From assembly GCF_009834535.1 (NCBI RefSeq), contig NC_045721.1:26164001-26228000 (forward strand): DNA of 64,000 nt, read 5' to 3'. Both the position numbers and the translations under genes were made by a program. Source of the stretch: Camelus ferus. Lineage: Eukaryota. The notes below the pieces were generated by a model. It made no database searches, was not told where the DNA came from, and was given only the letters and a program-made list of their open reading frames with translations. Below, in pieces: positions 24,806 to 38,335 of this stretch (its first letter is position 1; each line of letters starts with the position of its first letter).

Positions 24806-25974
24806 TAAATATGCTTCTTCAGCGTGGAACATCTGTTACTTGTGTTGGCCTGAGCTTCCTTGTATGCGTCTGAATTTATCTCTGTGTTATGATTCCATTA
24901 CAATTAAAATGATCTGCTAACAGAATTATCTAATCTTCTCTTTTAGCTAGCTCTACAATATAAGGCAAAACTGCATCAAATAAGAAGTCTTGCTGTTTTC
25001 CGAGTTTGTAAAGAAAATTTTCAAGCGTATGGCATAGTTGAAATAATTTAAAAATAAAACCCATCGCCTAGGTTCCGCCACGGGTGTTTACTACACATCC
25101 TTTGTCACATGGCTCTTGTCTGTCTGTCCATCAGTTTCTCTGTCTGACATTTTGATACAGTCAAGGCAAATTGCAGGCATCACTGCCCTTCCCTCCGAAT
25201 TCTTTAGCATCATGCACTTAAATTTCTCAGAACAGATGACTTTGACCAAAGGTGGTCTTAGCTGATGAATGAAGAAAGACATAAATGTTGACTTAATATG
25301 CTGCTTTAAACGCAGGGCGGCTGCCTCCATTCTGTCGTCTCCCCCCAAGATTAACTGAATTTTTACTCAAGTGGAATTAATTCATGACAGTCCAGGAACA
25401 GATCGACACAACAGGAGCTTCGTTCTCTAATGACTCCTGCTTGCACATGTTCACAGGCAGTGTCCTGCTCTCTCTGCTCGGGCCAGGGGTCCCCAGGCCC
25501 TACCGAATTCCTAGCAGCTCCTCCGTAGGACAACCTAATTCTCTTCTGTTTCAACTGAGGAGTAAATTTGTTTAAAATGAACTGAGTTATCTTAGCTGTC
25601 GTTCCCTAAAAACCTCATTATTTTAAAAAGGAAATGGGGACTCATATCTTCTGTCAAATTCTTAATCACCTAAGCACTTAATTATCATTTTTCTTCTGGT
25701 ACTTTTCTGTTATTCAGTTGGGCTCAAGTAGGGGCCAGTCCCCCAATAAATTCTTGGCGAAAATTGTATTAGTTTTGAGTCCTACTTCTTCAAATGTCAT
25801 AATCACACTTTTAGAAGTTCTGCTTTGAAAATTACCACCTCTTTAGGGTGAGTGTTCCTTGGGAATCATGTGAAGAAATTGTTCCTTGAATGTTCACCCC
25901 TTGTACAGATAAGTATCACCTTATTGGGCACTTAATTTAGAAAGAAAATGAATGAGTGTCTGAAATGCTCTTCA

Positions 25975-26685
<711 letters not shown>

Positions 26686-28368
26686 TAGTGCAAGAACTTG
26701 AATCTGTCCTTGAGGTAAATCACATCTCCCCCAGACAGAAAACGAATTATTCTTGGACTTGTGTGGCCTCAGAGAGCAGGTGAAAGGTACAACAGTACCA
26801 TGCTGTTCAGAACGCTGCAGCTTTTAAACTGTTAAATGTGGTGCACTCTGAAAGTGTGCTGAGTCCACTTTAACCACTCTGTAGTTTTTTAATGTGGGGT
26901 TTTAGAGCAGATGACCTCTAAAAGCTCTTCCTTTCCCTCCTTCTGAGAGTATATTGATTTAGAAGGTATTTTGGGAAATTTAAGACGGGACAAAAGTACT
27001 TTAATCAATCTAAATGATTACTTTACTACAAATATATAAAAGTAATGGCTCACAAAGATTTCTTGATAATAAATGCTTTGGGGTCTTTAATGTACAATTT
27101 TTTAAATTAATGAAATAGTTTACTGAACAAACGCTAAGGCTGTTTTCAACATCAGTCATGCATTTTTGTACAATTCCAATGAACTTTTTAATATAATAAT
27201 GCTAAGCTTAAATGTAGTATGTGGTTGAACTGTCAATCTGAAGTGGAACCGATGTTAATAGTTTTCTTTGTACAGAAGCATTTTCATACCCAGAAAGCGA
27301 GACCACGATGTAATTACGGCTGCCCGTAGTAACAGGGTTTTCGCATATGTTGACAGATTTGTCATTGAGTTCAGATAAATAATAATCAACTCAGTGAAGA
27401 AAATACTGTAATTGACTCTGTGTGTATTTGTATGCTTTTGACTGACTTGATGAATCACAATCGTCAGATTGTTCGTATGGGAAGACGTTAGATGAGTCAG
27501 CTTATGTGTTTCTGAAGATGAGGGGCACACTGGAAGTTAAACGCATGTGCATTGGAACAGTGGACTGAAGAGCGGTGTTTTCCTTTCCAGACAGTGTTTA
27601 AATGTTCATCATAACAGACACGTACTGCTGAGGACCTTCCCCCGAGTCGTTAGGACAGGAAGCGGGCGAGCGTTAGCCAAGTACAGACGTGGGCTTGTCC
27701 CGCCAGTGAGGTCAGGGACGCCGGATCCCGGGGACAGTTAGGTGCCACAGAGAAGTAAAGGCTAGCAGCCACCGCGGGGGCCACGTGTGTCTGTGTGTGT
27801 GGATATATATGCACACAACGCCTACCCGTGCTGTGCATAATTAAATATGTTTACATGATCATTTAGATCTTATGCATGGTCCTCTGTTTCATGTGGTTGT
27901 ATTGAATTTAGCTGGCAGCTCTTCTTCCTCGTCTGATTGCAGGAGCAAAATCATTATCAGTCATTTATACCCTAAGCATTTACAATTTGATCTCCCCAAA
28001 ATACAGACAGATCCCGCCCATTATAAACCACAAGCAAAGCAGGTAATAGAGACAATATCAAAGCGGCTGCTGTCAGAATTATCAGAGATGTATGACCAGG
28101 TTTGTTCTAGTCTCAGAGGTGTTTCTATAAAATGAAAGGTCAGAGTTTTATATGAATAATTTTTTAAGCATTGGCATTTTTGTTGCAGTAAATGTCATGT
28201 TCATTGAATTTTTTTTTTTTGAAAAGCAGTGGCTCTTTTTTATAGCTCATGAGTTGACAAAAAAAAAATGTTGAAGATATTGATTTTAAAGTTTATTAGC
28301 CCAAGAGTTTATTACTCTCTTTGGCTCCAATAGTGGATCTTCCTCAATTTACAAACAAAATAGGATTT

Positions 28369-28621
28369 GTGGGAAGGGATAAATTGGGAGTTCAGGATTT
28401 GCAGATACTAACTACTATATATAAAGCAGATAAACAACAAGTCTGTGCTGTACAGCACAGGGAACTGTATTCAATAACTGTATTCAATTCAGTAATAACT
28501 GTGATTAAAAAGAATGTGAAAACAAATACAGGTATGTTCCTATATGAATGAAGCATTGTGCTGTACACCCGAAATTGATACAACATTGTAAACTGACTAT
28601 ACTTCAATAAAAATATGTTTG
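28369..28621 (+). mobile_element. 5'-truncated L1 3' end (about 250 bp) with 12-bp target-site duplication
   Basis: gggataaattgggagtt...acagcacagggaact...caacattgtaaactgactatacttcaataaaaa; AAAATAGGATTT at 28357-28368 and 28622-28633. Confidence 0.9.
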
Positions 28622-29159
28622 AAAATAGGATTTCAGTCATTATAGAGCTCAGTTGAGAAGTGTCACAGGAAAGCTGGTGGTGTTCACCTGTGAAACAGTT
28701 GCTGGTTTCCACCTTGGTGACAGTGACCACTCCTGTCCATGTCGGCTGTGCTGTGTTTCCACACGTGCTGGGCTGAGTGTGCACTTTTAAAGACTAGTCC
28801 TTTGGAAAGTGTGTTATATGACAGGCAAAGAGAACGGATGGAAGATGGTGAGGGGTTACAGGCTGGGTCAAGAACACCTGAAACTTGACTCGAGTGTTGT
28901 CATGTAAAATGACGTTTTTAAATTCCATAAATTCAGGTTAATGAATTTCCCTGTGGCCTTTCATTTTGGAATATGCATGATCTCCTTAAACAGCAAGGCA
29001 GTCGGCGCACAAAGCACGGACTGTGCTCTTCAAGTGGAAGATGCGTGCGTCCTTTTACAGAGCACCCGTCCTCCAGGAACCTGCCCCGAGACAACCTTTC
29101 ACAATGAGAAGCGTCGTTTCTCCCACTCAGCTGTGCGGTGCCGGGTGTGCGTGGTGCGC

Positions 29160-29533
29160 TAGCTCGTGGTGTCTGGGAGGCCCCCATAGGCGGGCCCCGC
29201 CAGCTGGGTCGCTCAGGCAGCACGAGCTCTAGACGTCAGACACCCAAGGCCCGGGGGTGGCAGGGTTGGCTTCTCCTAGGCTCGCTCTCCTTACACGTGG
29301 GCAGCCATCCTCTCCCTGTGTCCTCACGTGGTCGTCCCCTGCGTGTGCTCCTGTCCTGACCTCTCCTGAGTCAGCCACTGGCTCTGTTGTGTTAGGGCTG
29401 TTTCTAAGGTCTTCATTTACCCTTCATGACCTCTTTAAAGACCCGCTCTCCAAGTAAAGTCATGTTTGAGGCCCTGGAGCTGAGGACTGTAACATGAATT
29501 TGGTGGTGGGGAGGACACAGTGCGGTCCTAACA
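29160..29533. mobile_element. MLT1A/B-like MaLR solo LTR
   Basis: ggcagggttggcttctcctagg...tgtgtcctcacgtggtc...acctctttaaagacccgctctccaa...aggacacagtgcggtcctaaca matches the MLT1 layout, ending in CA. Confidence 0.8.
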
Positions 29534-29949
29534 GGTTTCTTTGGAAAAATCATTCGAACTGCTCTGGCTGGGAGTTACACAGTGAGTGAGGTTCTAGTCT
29601 CTCTTTTTGCATGAATAAAAATTCTACCTAAGACTCCAGAAGAAACGTGTCACTAAACCTGATAAAATGTGCGTTTCATCCGGTGACGAGGGCTGCGTGC
29701 TCCCCTCATGAGGTGTTTTCTGGGAGTGGAGCGTGTGACGTAGGAAGGCCGTGAAGGCGGTGAGACTGCGAGGCAGTCTCGAGGTCCCCAGTGGGGCAGT
29801 GTCACTGAGGGGACCCCGGAAGTGTGGAAGCAGCTCCTTCGCTCAATAAAGCAATTTCTCCCAACAAATGTTATTAGGTTGTGGAGATGAGCGCGAACTC
29901 AGCTGACTGTATGCTGCCCTTACTTTTATTAACTATGTTACACGTTAAC

Positions 29950-30720
29950 TTTGTGTTTTGAATTTTAAAAAATTCAAATGTACAGAAAGGTGAAAACGGT
30001 TTTTAAAAAGATATGGATATGGACTCATTACTCGATAGAATGCATTGTAGGGTTTTGTTAAATTTACCTTAGGCACTGGTTTTTCGGAAGAAGCAAGGAG
30101 GACGCACAGACTCAGGGGCCCCGTGAGCCCCAGTCCCCTGGCACTTCTCCTGGGGGTCGCTAGCACTGGGAAGGGGCCATGGGCGCGTCATGCTGTGCCT
30201 GTTCCGTAGCTCATTTCCTGTCTCTGTCAGTCTGTCTGTCACCAAGAATCGTCATCTCCAGTCTGTCTACACACACACACACACCCCCGTATACACTCAC
30301 ACAAAATGTGTATGTTGCACACTTCTGAATGTTTACACGATTGCTATCGTATCATATTTATCTGCAAATAGGTTTCACTTGCCAACACGCTGTTTTAAGA
30401 ATCACCTATGCTGACACGTTTATCTAGTTCATTCATTTCAAACGCTGTATAGAATTTCTCCGAAAGCACTTTTAATTCCTTTTTAAAACTCCCAGCAACC
30501 ACAGGTTAGAACCTAAACTTTGCCATAAAAAAACAATGCTGGAACGTACATTTTTCTGTACAAATAACACTTGTGCACATGTGCTGGAGTTTATAACAAA
30601 CATAATTAAGCCTTTACTTTTACTGGATATTAACGAAGTACTCTCCAAGGGGATTGTGCTAACTCGTGCTTCCGCTGTTGCTGCATGGAAGCTTCCGTGC
30701 TCTGTAGCCACACAGTGTTG
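29950..30720 (-). mobile_element. Old antisense L1 (L1ME-like) 3' UTR, interrupted
   Basis: aattcaaatgtacagaaagg, tttatctagttcattcatttcaaacgctgtatag, cttgtgcacatgtgc resemble old L1 3' UTRs; weak match. Confidence 0.45.
30268..30302. repeat. (CA)n microsatellite, interrupted
   Basis: tacacacacacacacacccccgtatacactcacac. Confidence 0.85.
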
Positions 30721-31034
30721 TGAATACTGCTAATAATAAGAATTACTTTCATTTTTTTCAATTATTGTTCTTTAATAGGTAAGTTTCATTTAAGAATTTT
30801 GTATTAATAGCATATATTCCTGAAATTATTTTGGTTGGCAATTGTTTATTATTTTTTAACTTGCTGTTTATTTTGTTATTTGTTGCTTTATTTATTTGGA
30901 GCTCTTGTCTCCTGTGGAAATAAACAGCCGCATGTTTACAGCTAGATTCCAGTTTAATCAACAGCTGCGGGCAGTCTCCGTTTCTGTAGGCGCTGACTCC
31001 TGTCTGAACTTCTCTGCTTTTCTGTTTCATTTAG

Positions 31035-31181
31035 GTTCTTCTGGCCAGAGTCCTCTGTTAGTGGTCCTGAGTGGAAACCATACTGAGCAGTCAAATTTCA
31101 CAAGCAAGACCAATCAGTTGTACCTGCGCTGGTCCACTGATCATGCAACCAGCAAGAAAGGGTTCCGGATCCGCTATGCAG
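31035..31181 (+). CDS. CSMD1: CSMD1 exon 9 (147 nt), C-half of CUB14: GSSGQSPLLVVLSGNHTEQSNFTSKTNQLYLRWSTDHATSKKGFRIRYA
   Basis: ttcatttag|GT and GCAG|gtcagt. Confidence 0.96.
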
Positions 31182-32783
31182 GTCAGTGAGTGAGGTTAGG
31201 ATGACAGAAGAGTATTTTTAATACAAGGGATCTGTATTCAATTTTTGAAAATTAGCTAGAGATTCATAATTTAAACCTAATTTCCAAAGATGAATAATTC
31301 ACTTCAATAGAAGTAAAATGATGAGAAGTTACCCTGAGTGATCTCTGTAAACTACGTTAGGGAAAATAAACTATTTGTTGATTAATATTAAAATTTTTTT
31401 TGCTAAAATTGTAAATCATTGCATTGCATACCATGGAAAGCAAAGACATTTCCTCACCAAAATTAAATAATATAAATTAATTTTAAAATATGTGCAAATG
31501 CTAAGAAGACAAACGGGAGGAGAATCATATTGCTATTTATTGATTTTATAAGTGATAATAACTTCTTACTATTAATAGTCTGTCTCTCTGTTAATTATAC
31601 AGCTGCAGATACACATATAGAGATACACATCCACATAACACATATAAAGTAAATATGTTTATATATATATTTCCTTATCAACATTTAAAATATTTGGTTC
31701 TCTCCCCATATGTTTTAATAACTTTCTGTCAGCTGTTTTTTTGTGTTAGTTAAATAGATCAATACCTTTACGGTAGATTAGATCCAATATGAGCAGAGCC
31801 ACACCTCATGTTTATACCGCCCTCCCAGAGCAGGAGACAGTCAGTTTAAATCCGTAGATGTTTCACTTACTTAAGCAAAACATCCAGCCTTCTCCGACTG
31901 TCTCAGTCAGCAATATCCCGTGGTCACAGGTGAGGTGTGTTTCCCCAGGGAGGACGCCCACTCCGTGCACCTAGCTGCGCACTGCACGTCTCCAGGGCAC
32001 GGCTTTTCCCACGTCTGCCTTGCGTCCTCAGTGGGGAGAGACATCCTGAGGGAGGGGCAGCGAAAGGCTTGGTAGTTTTAAGGGTAAGATTTCAGCTCTC
32101 TCTGATTGGCAGTCATCTCAAAGTGGTCAAAAGCGTCAAGGTTTTGAAATGGCCCTTGATGCAAGGCCAGTGGGCGTGACGTTCACTCATGCTTCCGCTA
32201 TAATGTTTGATAAAGTACGCCCAGGCCTGTGTGTTCCCCCCCACCCTTTGCTCACGGGAGCCGTTCGGAAAGCTCAGCGACAAGAGCGCACAGCTGAGAT
32301 GGCTTCCTTAGAGTGGGCGCTGGGGTCGTTCGGGCCATGACTGGATTTGTGTGCGTCCCGTTCCTTCTTCCAAAAAGAAGTACTCAGACCTGCAGAACTG
32401 TTTGGGTATTTCCAGTGCGCAAAAGTGGGCAGTACCGGGGAAATCACGGTGAACGTGATTTGTCTTGTTTTATCTGCGGCAAATTTCTTAGTAGCCTGCT
32501 GAAATGATTACACCTTGAGCTCTGTCTTTCTAAGGATATTTTCACTCATGAACAAGAAGCTTCTCCTTATTAAACTGTGCTGGGAGAGGAGGAAGACGGA
32601 GAGGTTCAGAGAAGGCTATAAAATGCTGTGTTCTGAGAGTGGACACGTCTGTTTGTCTCTCTGTAGACACAGACATGGGCAGATCGTTGAACAGATGTGC
32701 ACTTAGCATTCGATGGCTGGGTGACCTGTGCGAGGAGCCCCTCACCGGTGACTTGAGAGCAGGACCAAGCGCAGGCGTCCCTG

Positions 32784-32839
32784 AGCGGTGACGTGAGGGC
32801 GGGGGAGCGGCAGCGGTGACATGAGGGCAGGGGAGCGGC
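32784..32839. repeat. Tandem duplication, 2 x 28 bp
   Basis: agcggtgacgtgagggcgggggagcggc / agcggtgacatgagggcaggggagcggc. Confidence 0.9.
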
Positions 32840-34636
32840 AGCAGGGCCGCCTGCGGCACCACAGGCCTGTTTGCCTTCATCACCTGTGAGCGGTGGGTGG
32901 ACAGGCGTAAGAGCGATGCAACTGATCGACATAACTGAAAAATAAACAAAACGCAAACGCTTGTCCACTGTCGTTCCAGCCAATTCAGTGAACTGCCAAG
33001 TGCTATTGAGTTAATAATAATGGCCCCTCACTATTAAATGAAGTCTATGTAAGTGAATGAAATAAGCTTCAATAGTGGAAGAGTCAGGAGTACAGGCTGG
33101 GCTGACGTACACGCAGAAATCCCAGGGTGTCCAGCTCGCCCAGTCACCGTCCATCGGCGGTGCCTCCTAGGCTGCCTCCCTCCTCCAGCCCTGCTCGTCC
33201 GGGGCACCGCCGGCACAGTCTGGGCATGGGGTGCTGGTCCTCTGAGTTCTCACCGTGGCCAGGAACCAGACAGATGGGGCCCCCGGTCTCATCTCCCCCT
33301 TTGCTTTTCTGTGCTGTGTCTCCCTGCTCTGGGCCCCCCATAGCTTGTTCTAGATGAGTGAGGACGGGAGGAGTATCTGGAGAGCCTGAGGGTAGAAGAA
33401 ATACAGTAAATTGCAAAGAAAATAGTTGCCGGGCGTGATAGAGCTGGACTGTCGCCCTGCAGATTACATCCCTTAACAGGTGGGACTCTGGCAAAACTCA
33501 CAGGTGACACCCCGAGAACTGAGGTCTCAGTGTCCCCTCGGGAGTGCTTCAGACTTTATCTTATCCCTAAACTTGGAGCGGGGTCCACATTTGTGTGGCC
33601 TTCCTACTTTGTGTTGTTATTATTATTATTACTATTTTTAACTTTACTGGCGCAGTGACTCTGAGTAGTTGGTAGCCGGCGTGCCTGTTTGTACGTATAA
33701 CGCCCCTAAACTAAATAGTTTGGTTCATTCAAACCTTACAACATTTAGAACATGGAAAGTGGCGTGGCCAATGGGACAAGCGTTTCTTACAAGAGTTAGT
33801 GGATTTTAACTTAATAAAAATCAGGCCATTAAAAAAGAAAGAAAAGAAAGAAATGGTGCTTGAGAAGATCACCCAGCTGAGACCGCTCTCTGAGGAAGCT
33901 TCTCATAGAAACACAGTTGACAGCCGAGGCCAGACGCTCAGACGTCGCTTCTGGGCAATGCTCTGCTGTGAAACCTTCAGAAAGTTTCTTCCAGATTCAT
34001 TTCCAAGGAAAGGCTCGGCATTAGGCATTCAGGCCTGTGTGTGTGCTTTGTGTACAGAAGCCCCGCAGGGAAGTGGTCCACTTAAAAACCCTTCCTTCAA
34101 AGAGAAGCATGGATTTCCAGGACTTCACAACTTTATTTTATTGTTTTATTCATCTGAAGAGAGCTCATAGGATTTTATGCTGCAGTGAAACTGGTCTTGG
34201 AAGAATAAAATGAATTTTTTTTCTCATAATGCGTAAATAAGATGCAGAGCCTTGTAGCCGCTAAAATGTTATATTCTGTGTAGGTAAGACTGTGTCATTT
34301 TCACAAAAGCCTGTCTCTAATTTTAAAAAGTCTCCCTACAAATGTGATGATTAAAGCTATCATAAGAATTTTATTGACCCAAAGTAGTATGTTTTTTTCA
34401 AAGATTTTATTCAAATCCCGTCTGTTAAAAAGAAGCTCAGTGTCTACATCTTTGCAGAGTTCTAAAGACTCATTTAGCAGCAACAAGCAAAAAGCTGACG
34501 GCCTTGATTGCAAAACGTTGTATTCTTCTGTGTTCCCCAGTTTAATGGTACTTCTGTTCCTCTGCCCTCACACTGATTAGCAGGTAATCTAAACTTTAGA
34601 CTTAAGAGACTTGACCCTTGGCTCTAGATTTTTTGG

Positions 34637-35457
34637 ATTTTTTTTTAGACTATTTTTTAAAGAGAAGTTCCAGTGTCACAACCAAATTGAGAGGACGGTA
34701 CAGAGATTTTCCCCTGAACTCCTTGGCTCCCCACGTGCACAGCAGTGTCCATTATCAACGCCCTCACCAGATCGCACGTTTGTTACAACTGATGGACCCA
34801 CATTGACATACTATCACCCAGGGTCCGCCATTTACTGTGGGTGCACCTTTGATGTTGGACGTTCTGTGCGTTTGGACCAACGTATAGTGACTCAACCACC
34901 ATTGTGCTGTCATGGAAAGTAGTCTCACTGCCTGAAAAATCCTCTGTGCTCCAGCGTCCTTCCCCCACCAATCTCTGGAAACCACTGATCTTCGTACCAT
35001 CCCCAGAGTTTCCCTTTTCCAGAGTGTCATACGGTTGGAATCATACAGTGTGTAACCTTCTCAGGTTGGCTTCTTTCATTGAGTCGTATGCATTTGAGTT
35101 TCCTCCATATCTTTCCATGGATTGATAGCTCATTTCTTGTTAACTCTGAGTAACACCCCGTTGTCTGGATGGTCCACAGTCTGTTTAATTATTCACCTGC
35201 TGAGGGGCATCTTGGTTGCTTCTGAGTTTGGACAGTTATGAATAAAGCTGCTGTGAACTCTGTGTGCAGGTTTCTATGTGGACATAAGTTTTCAGCTCCT
35301 TTGGGGAAACACCAAGGTGCATGATGGCTGGGTCAGATGGTAAGAGTATGTTGAGGTTTGCAAGAAACTGCCAAACCGTTTTCCAAAATGGCCGCACCGC
35401 TTTGGGTTCCCAGCAGCAGCGATGAGAGGCCCTGTTGCCCACGTCCTCCCTGGCACT
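34637..35457 (-). mobile_element. L1MC1-like LINE-1 3' end, antisense
   Basis: aaattgagaggacggtacagaga...tttgttacaactgatggacccacattgaca...aaaaatcctctgtgctcc...gaataaagctgctgtgaac...aagaaactgccaaaccgttttccaaaatgg; subfamily from memory. Confidence 0.85.
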
Positions 35458-35602
35458 CCTGTGTCTGAGATGCTTCTAGAACAAGTTTCCGTGTCGGTGC
35501 TGACTTCCCACTATTTTAACAATGGAGGTATTTCATCACTACCTCTCTTTCCAAGGGAAATGCAGCAGTCACTGATTTGTGTGTGTGTTCGTGTGCCCAC
35601 AG

Positions 35603-35791
35603 CCCCCTACTGCAGCTTGCCCCACACCCTGAAGAATGGTGGCATCTTAAATAGGACTGCAGGAGAAGTGGGCAGTAAAGTGCATTATTTTTGCAAGCCC
35701 GGGTACCGGATGGTCGGCCACAGCAATGCAACCTGTAGGCGAAGTCCAGTCGGCATGTACCAGTGGGACACCCCGCCTCCACTCTGCCAGG
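35603..35791 (+). CDS. CSMD1: CSMD1 exon 10 (189 nt), Sushi14: APYCSLPHTLKNGGILNRTAGEVGSKVHYFCKPGYRMVGHSNATCRRSPVGMYQWDTPPPLCQ
   Basis: gcccacag|CC and CAGG|gtaagc; four-Cys plus Trp. Confidence 0.96.
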
Positions 35792-37460
35792 GTAAGCCGT
35801 GTGGTTTTTCATCCCCAAACTGGAGTTCAGTTTATTGTTCTTATTTTAGTAACCCTGTTCAAACTACTGAAGCTGTGATCATGGATAAAAGGTAAGGAAA
35901 CGTGGAATGTGGGTTCATAAAAAGACGAATTAAACTCTCTGCCGACCGTGCGAACATTTCTGACAGTCGCACTAGACTTGATTCAGCTTTGTAGCCTGAA
36001 TTCAGAAGGTGGGCGAGCGCACACTAGATGCTGGGTAGAGTTATTCTAACACTTACATTTCATTTGAAATAAAGTGTTATCCAATTAAGTTTTAAAATAA
36101 TTCCTCTTGACAGTTGTATTAATTAAAAAATTAATTACTGAAGCTAATTTCCCCTGTTTTTAGATTAAAAACGCATACTTTGAGCCCTGTGCTGCATATT
36201 TCATTGTCTTTTGGTCCCTTCAATCTAGGACTTGTTAAAGTTGATTTCAATATGTGGCGCCTTTTTGTTTTTGCATTTTATCTGTCATATGCATAAAAAT
36301 CAGATTTTCAAATAAGGCATTTTAATTGAAGGCTTTGAAGTCATGAAATTTTCATAGTTTTGTCTTATCGAGATTTATATGCATAATGAAATATATTGGT
36401 CTTTGAAAGCTAATTACGATTTATGAATGGAACCTCATATTGGTTTCCTTGTTTCTCCTTTTTTTGTTAGATATTAAATTTTCTGGTATTGCTCTATGAG
36501 ACAAAAATAGATATTTATCACAATTCTTGTGTGTCTTTAACCGCAAGGAGTTGATCACACACTTAGGTGGCATCATTTATGTTGTGTGCCCAGAAATTCT
36601 TCTTTAATGTAAGATAAACATAAAAACCCAGTAACTTGTTCCACTGGGAGTGATGGTTTCTTTAAGAAGAGTACTTTTTCTTCCACAAGAAGAATTGCTT
36701 CTCGTCTTTGTTAAGTGTTGTGTTACTTGCTGCTAAGATGGAGCCTTTTGCTCAGAGGCAGCCCCATGGGCTACATGTCCTTGGCGTTGGGGACAGAATG
36801 CTATTGACAAAAGTGATGACCTAGACAGCAGACTGAGCACGGAGAGGGGATGGGACCAGGATTGGCAAGAGTCCCCAGATCTCCGGAGGCTGAGCCCCAA
36901 GCCAGAGCCGGAATGGAATCTGCTCCCAAGGCAGAAGCACAGGAAGATCCTGGAAGGAGCCTCTCCTGTGACGCGAGGGGCACGTGAGGAGCGACAGCCC
37001 TGCAGACGCAAGTTTCTCTCCCTGACGCCTGGCGTCGCTGACTGGACGGGGGAAAGGCTCGCTCTCCCAGGGAGTGGCTGGGAGGGACTGGGGAGGGCCC
37101 GGAACGCCTGGAACGTGTTCTGTTGATGAGTTCCCACCTCCCTCTCCTTTCCCACGTTCTCACTCGGCAGAGCTGTCTGATGCTGAATTACAAGACTCAG
37201 AAATAGAAACAGTGCTGAAGCCCAGCCCCTTCCGGAGTCTTGGCAGTTTGGGCTGAAGGCTTGAGTGCAGGTGCGCAGTGTATCTCTCCTCTGTGTTGAG
37301 CACGTGTGCCCCTCGCCCTGACCATCGACCCCGCTCCGTGTTACTGGAGGGAGATCTCCCGTCAGCTCGTGGACCTGCTGGGCCTGTGGCTGCGCAGGGC
37401 TGGGGGAAGCAAAAGGAGCGAGGCTCGATTCTTCCCTTCAGGGGGTTCACGGTCAACCGC

Positions 37461-37570
37461 TGTTGGGGAGAAAGGCATTTTCCTCTACTCTTCTGAGCTC
37501 TCGGGTTGGTCTAAGAATTAAATTGACATGAGACAGATTCACAGGAGAAAATCACACAAAAGTGTAATCC
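37461..37570. mobile_element. Possible ERV1 (MER4-group) LTR fragment
   Basis: tgttggggagaaaggcattttcctctac...gagacagattcacaggagaaaa resembles the MER4-group terminus as recalled. Confidence 0.4.
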
Positions 37571-38307
37571 CGTGTAGACAGGGCTACATGCAATGTCACG
37601 ACCCGGGATATACGCTAGACTGTGTATAATTAGTTGAACAACGTTCTTCTTCCTGTGCAAATGTAACTCTTCTGGGATGAACGCCTCTTAAAAACTTGGA
37701 TCAGAGAAAAGTTTTCAAATATTGTAATTTCAGAAAGCTTTTCTTAGGCTAAAATTGAAAAAATTTAAAAATAAGAAAGCACCGTGATTGTCATTGGTTC
37801 ATGACTATTTTCCTTTCGTGTTAAAATTCAAATAGTAATGGGAACTTATTTTCTACTTAGTTGTTGGTTCCTTTTTATTTATAATTTTAATTTACAACGG
37901 TAAATAAATTGTATTTGAATTTTTTTGTTTGTTTTTAGTTTTTAGATCATTGAGGATAATTTCAAGGCTTTTTCAGAGTGGTTTTTCTGTCTAAGGAGAA
38001 TTAATGTGTACAGATGGATGACCACCATCTACAAGGTCCTGAACTTCTGACAGTTGTTATGGTAGGACAGGAAATTGAAGATTGAGTGATCTCTTCCTTT
38101 AAAATCCTTGCAACTCTGCAAGGGAAAAAGACTTGGCAAAAACACCAGCTACATACATATCATCACACTATTCCTGCTCGAGTCAGCTCAGAACTCTTTC
38201 ATGGTTTTATTTATTTTTTTTTGTACTTACATTAAATATAAAACTGGGAAATGAGAACTTCCCTGCAGCACATGTATAGGGATAAAGGGACAAACTTTTA
38301 TCTCTGA

Positions 38308-38335
38308 ACACACTATCCCAGACACACTATTCCAG
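38308..38335. repeat. Tandem duplication, 2 x 14 bp
   Basis: acacactatcccag / acacactattccag. Confidence 0.8.
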
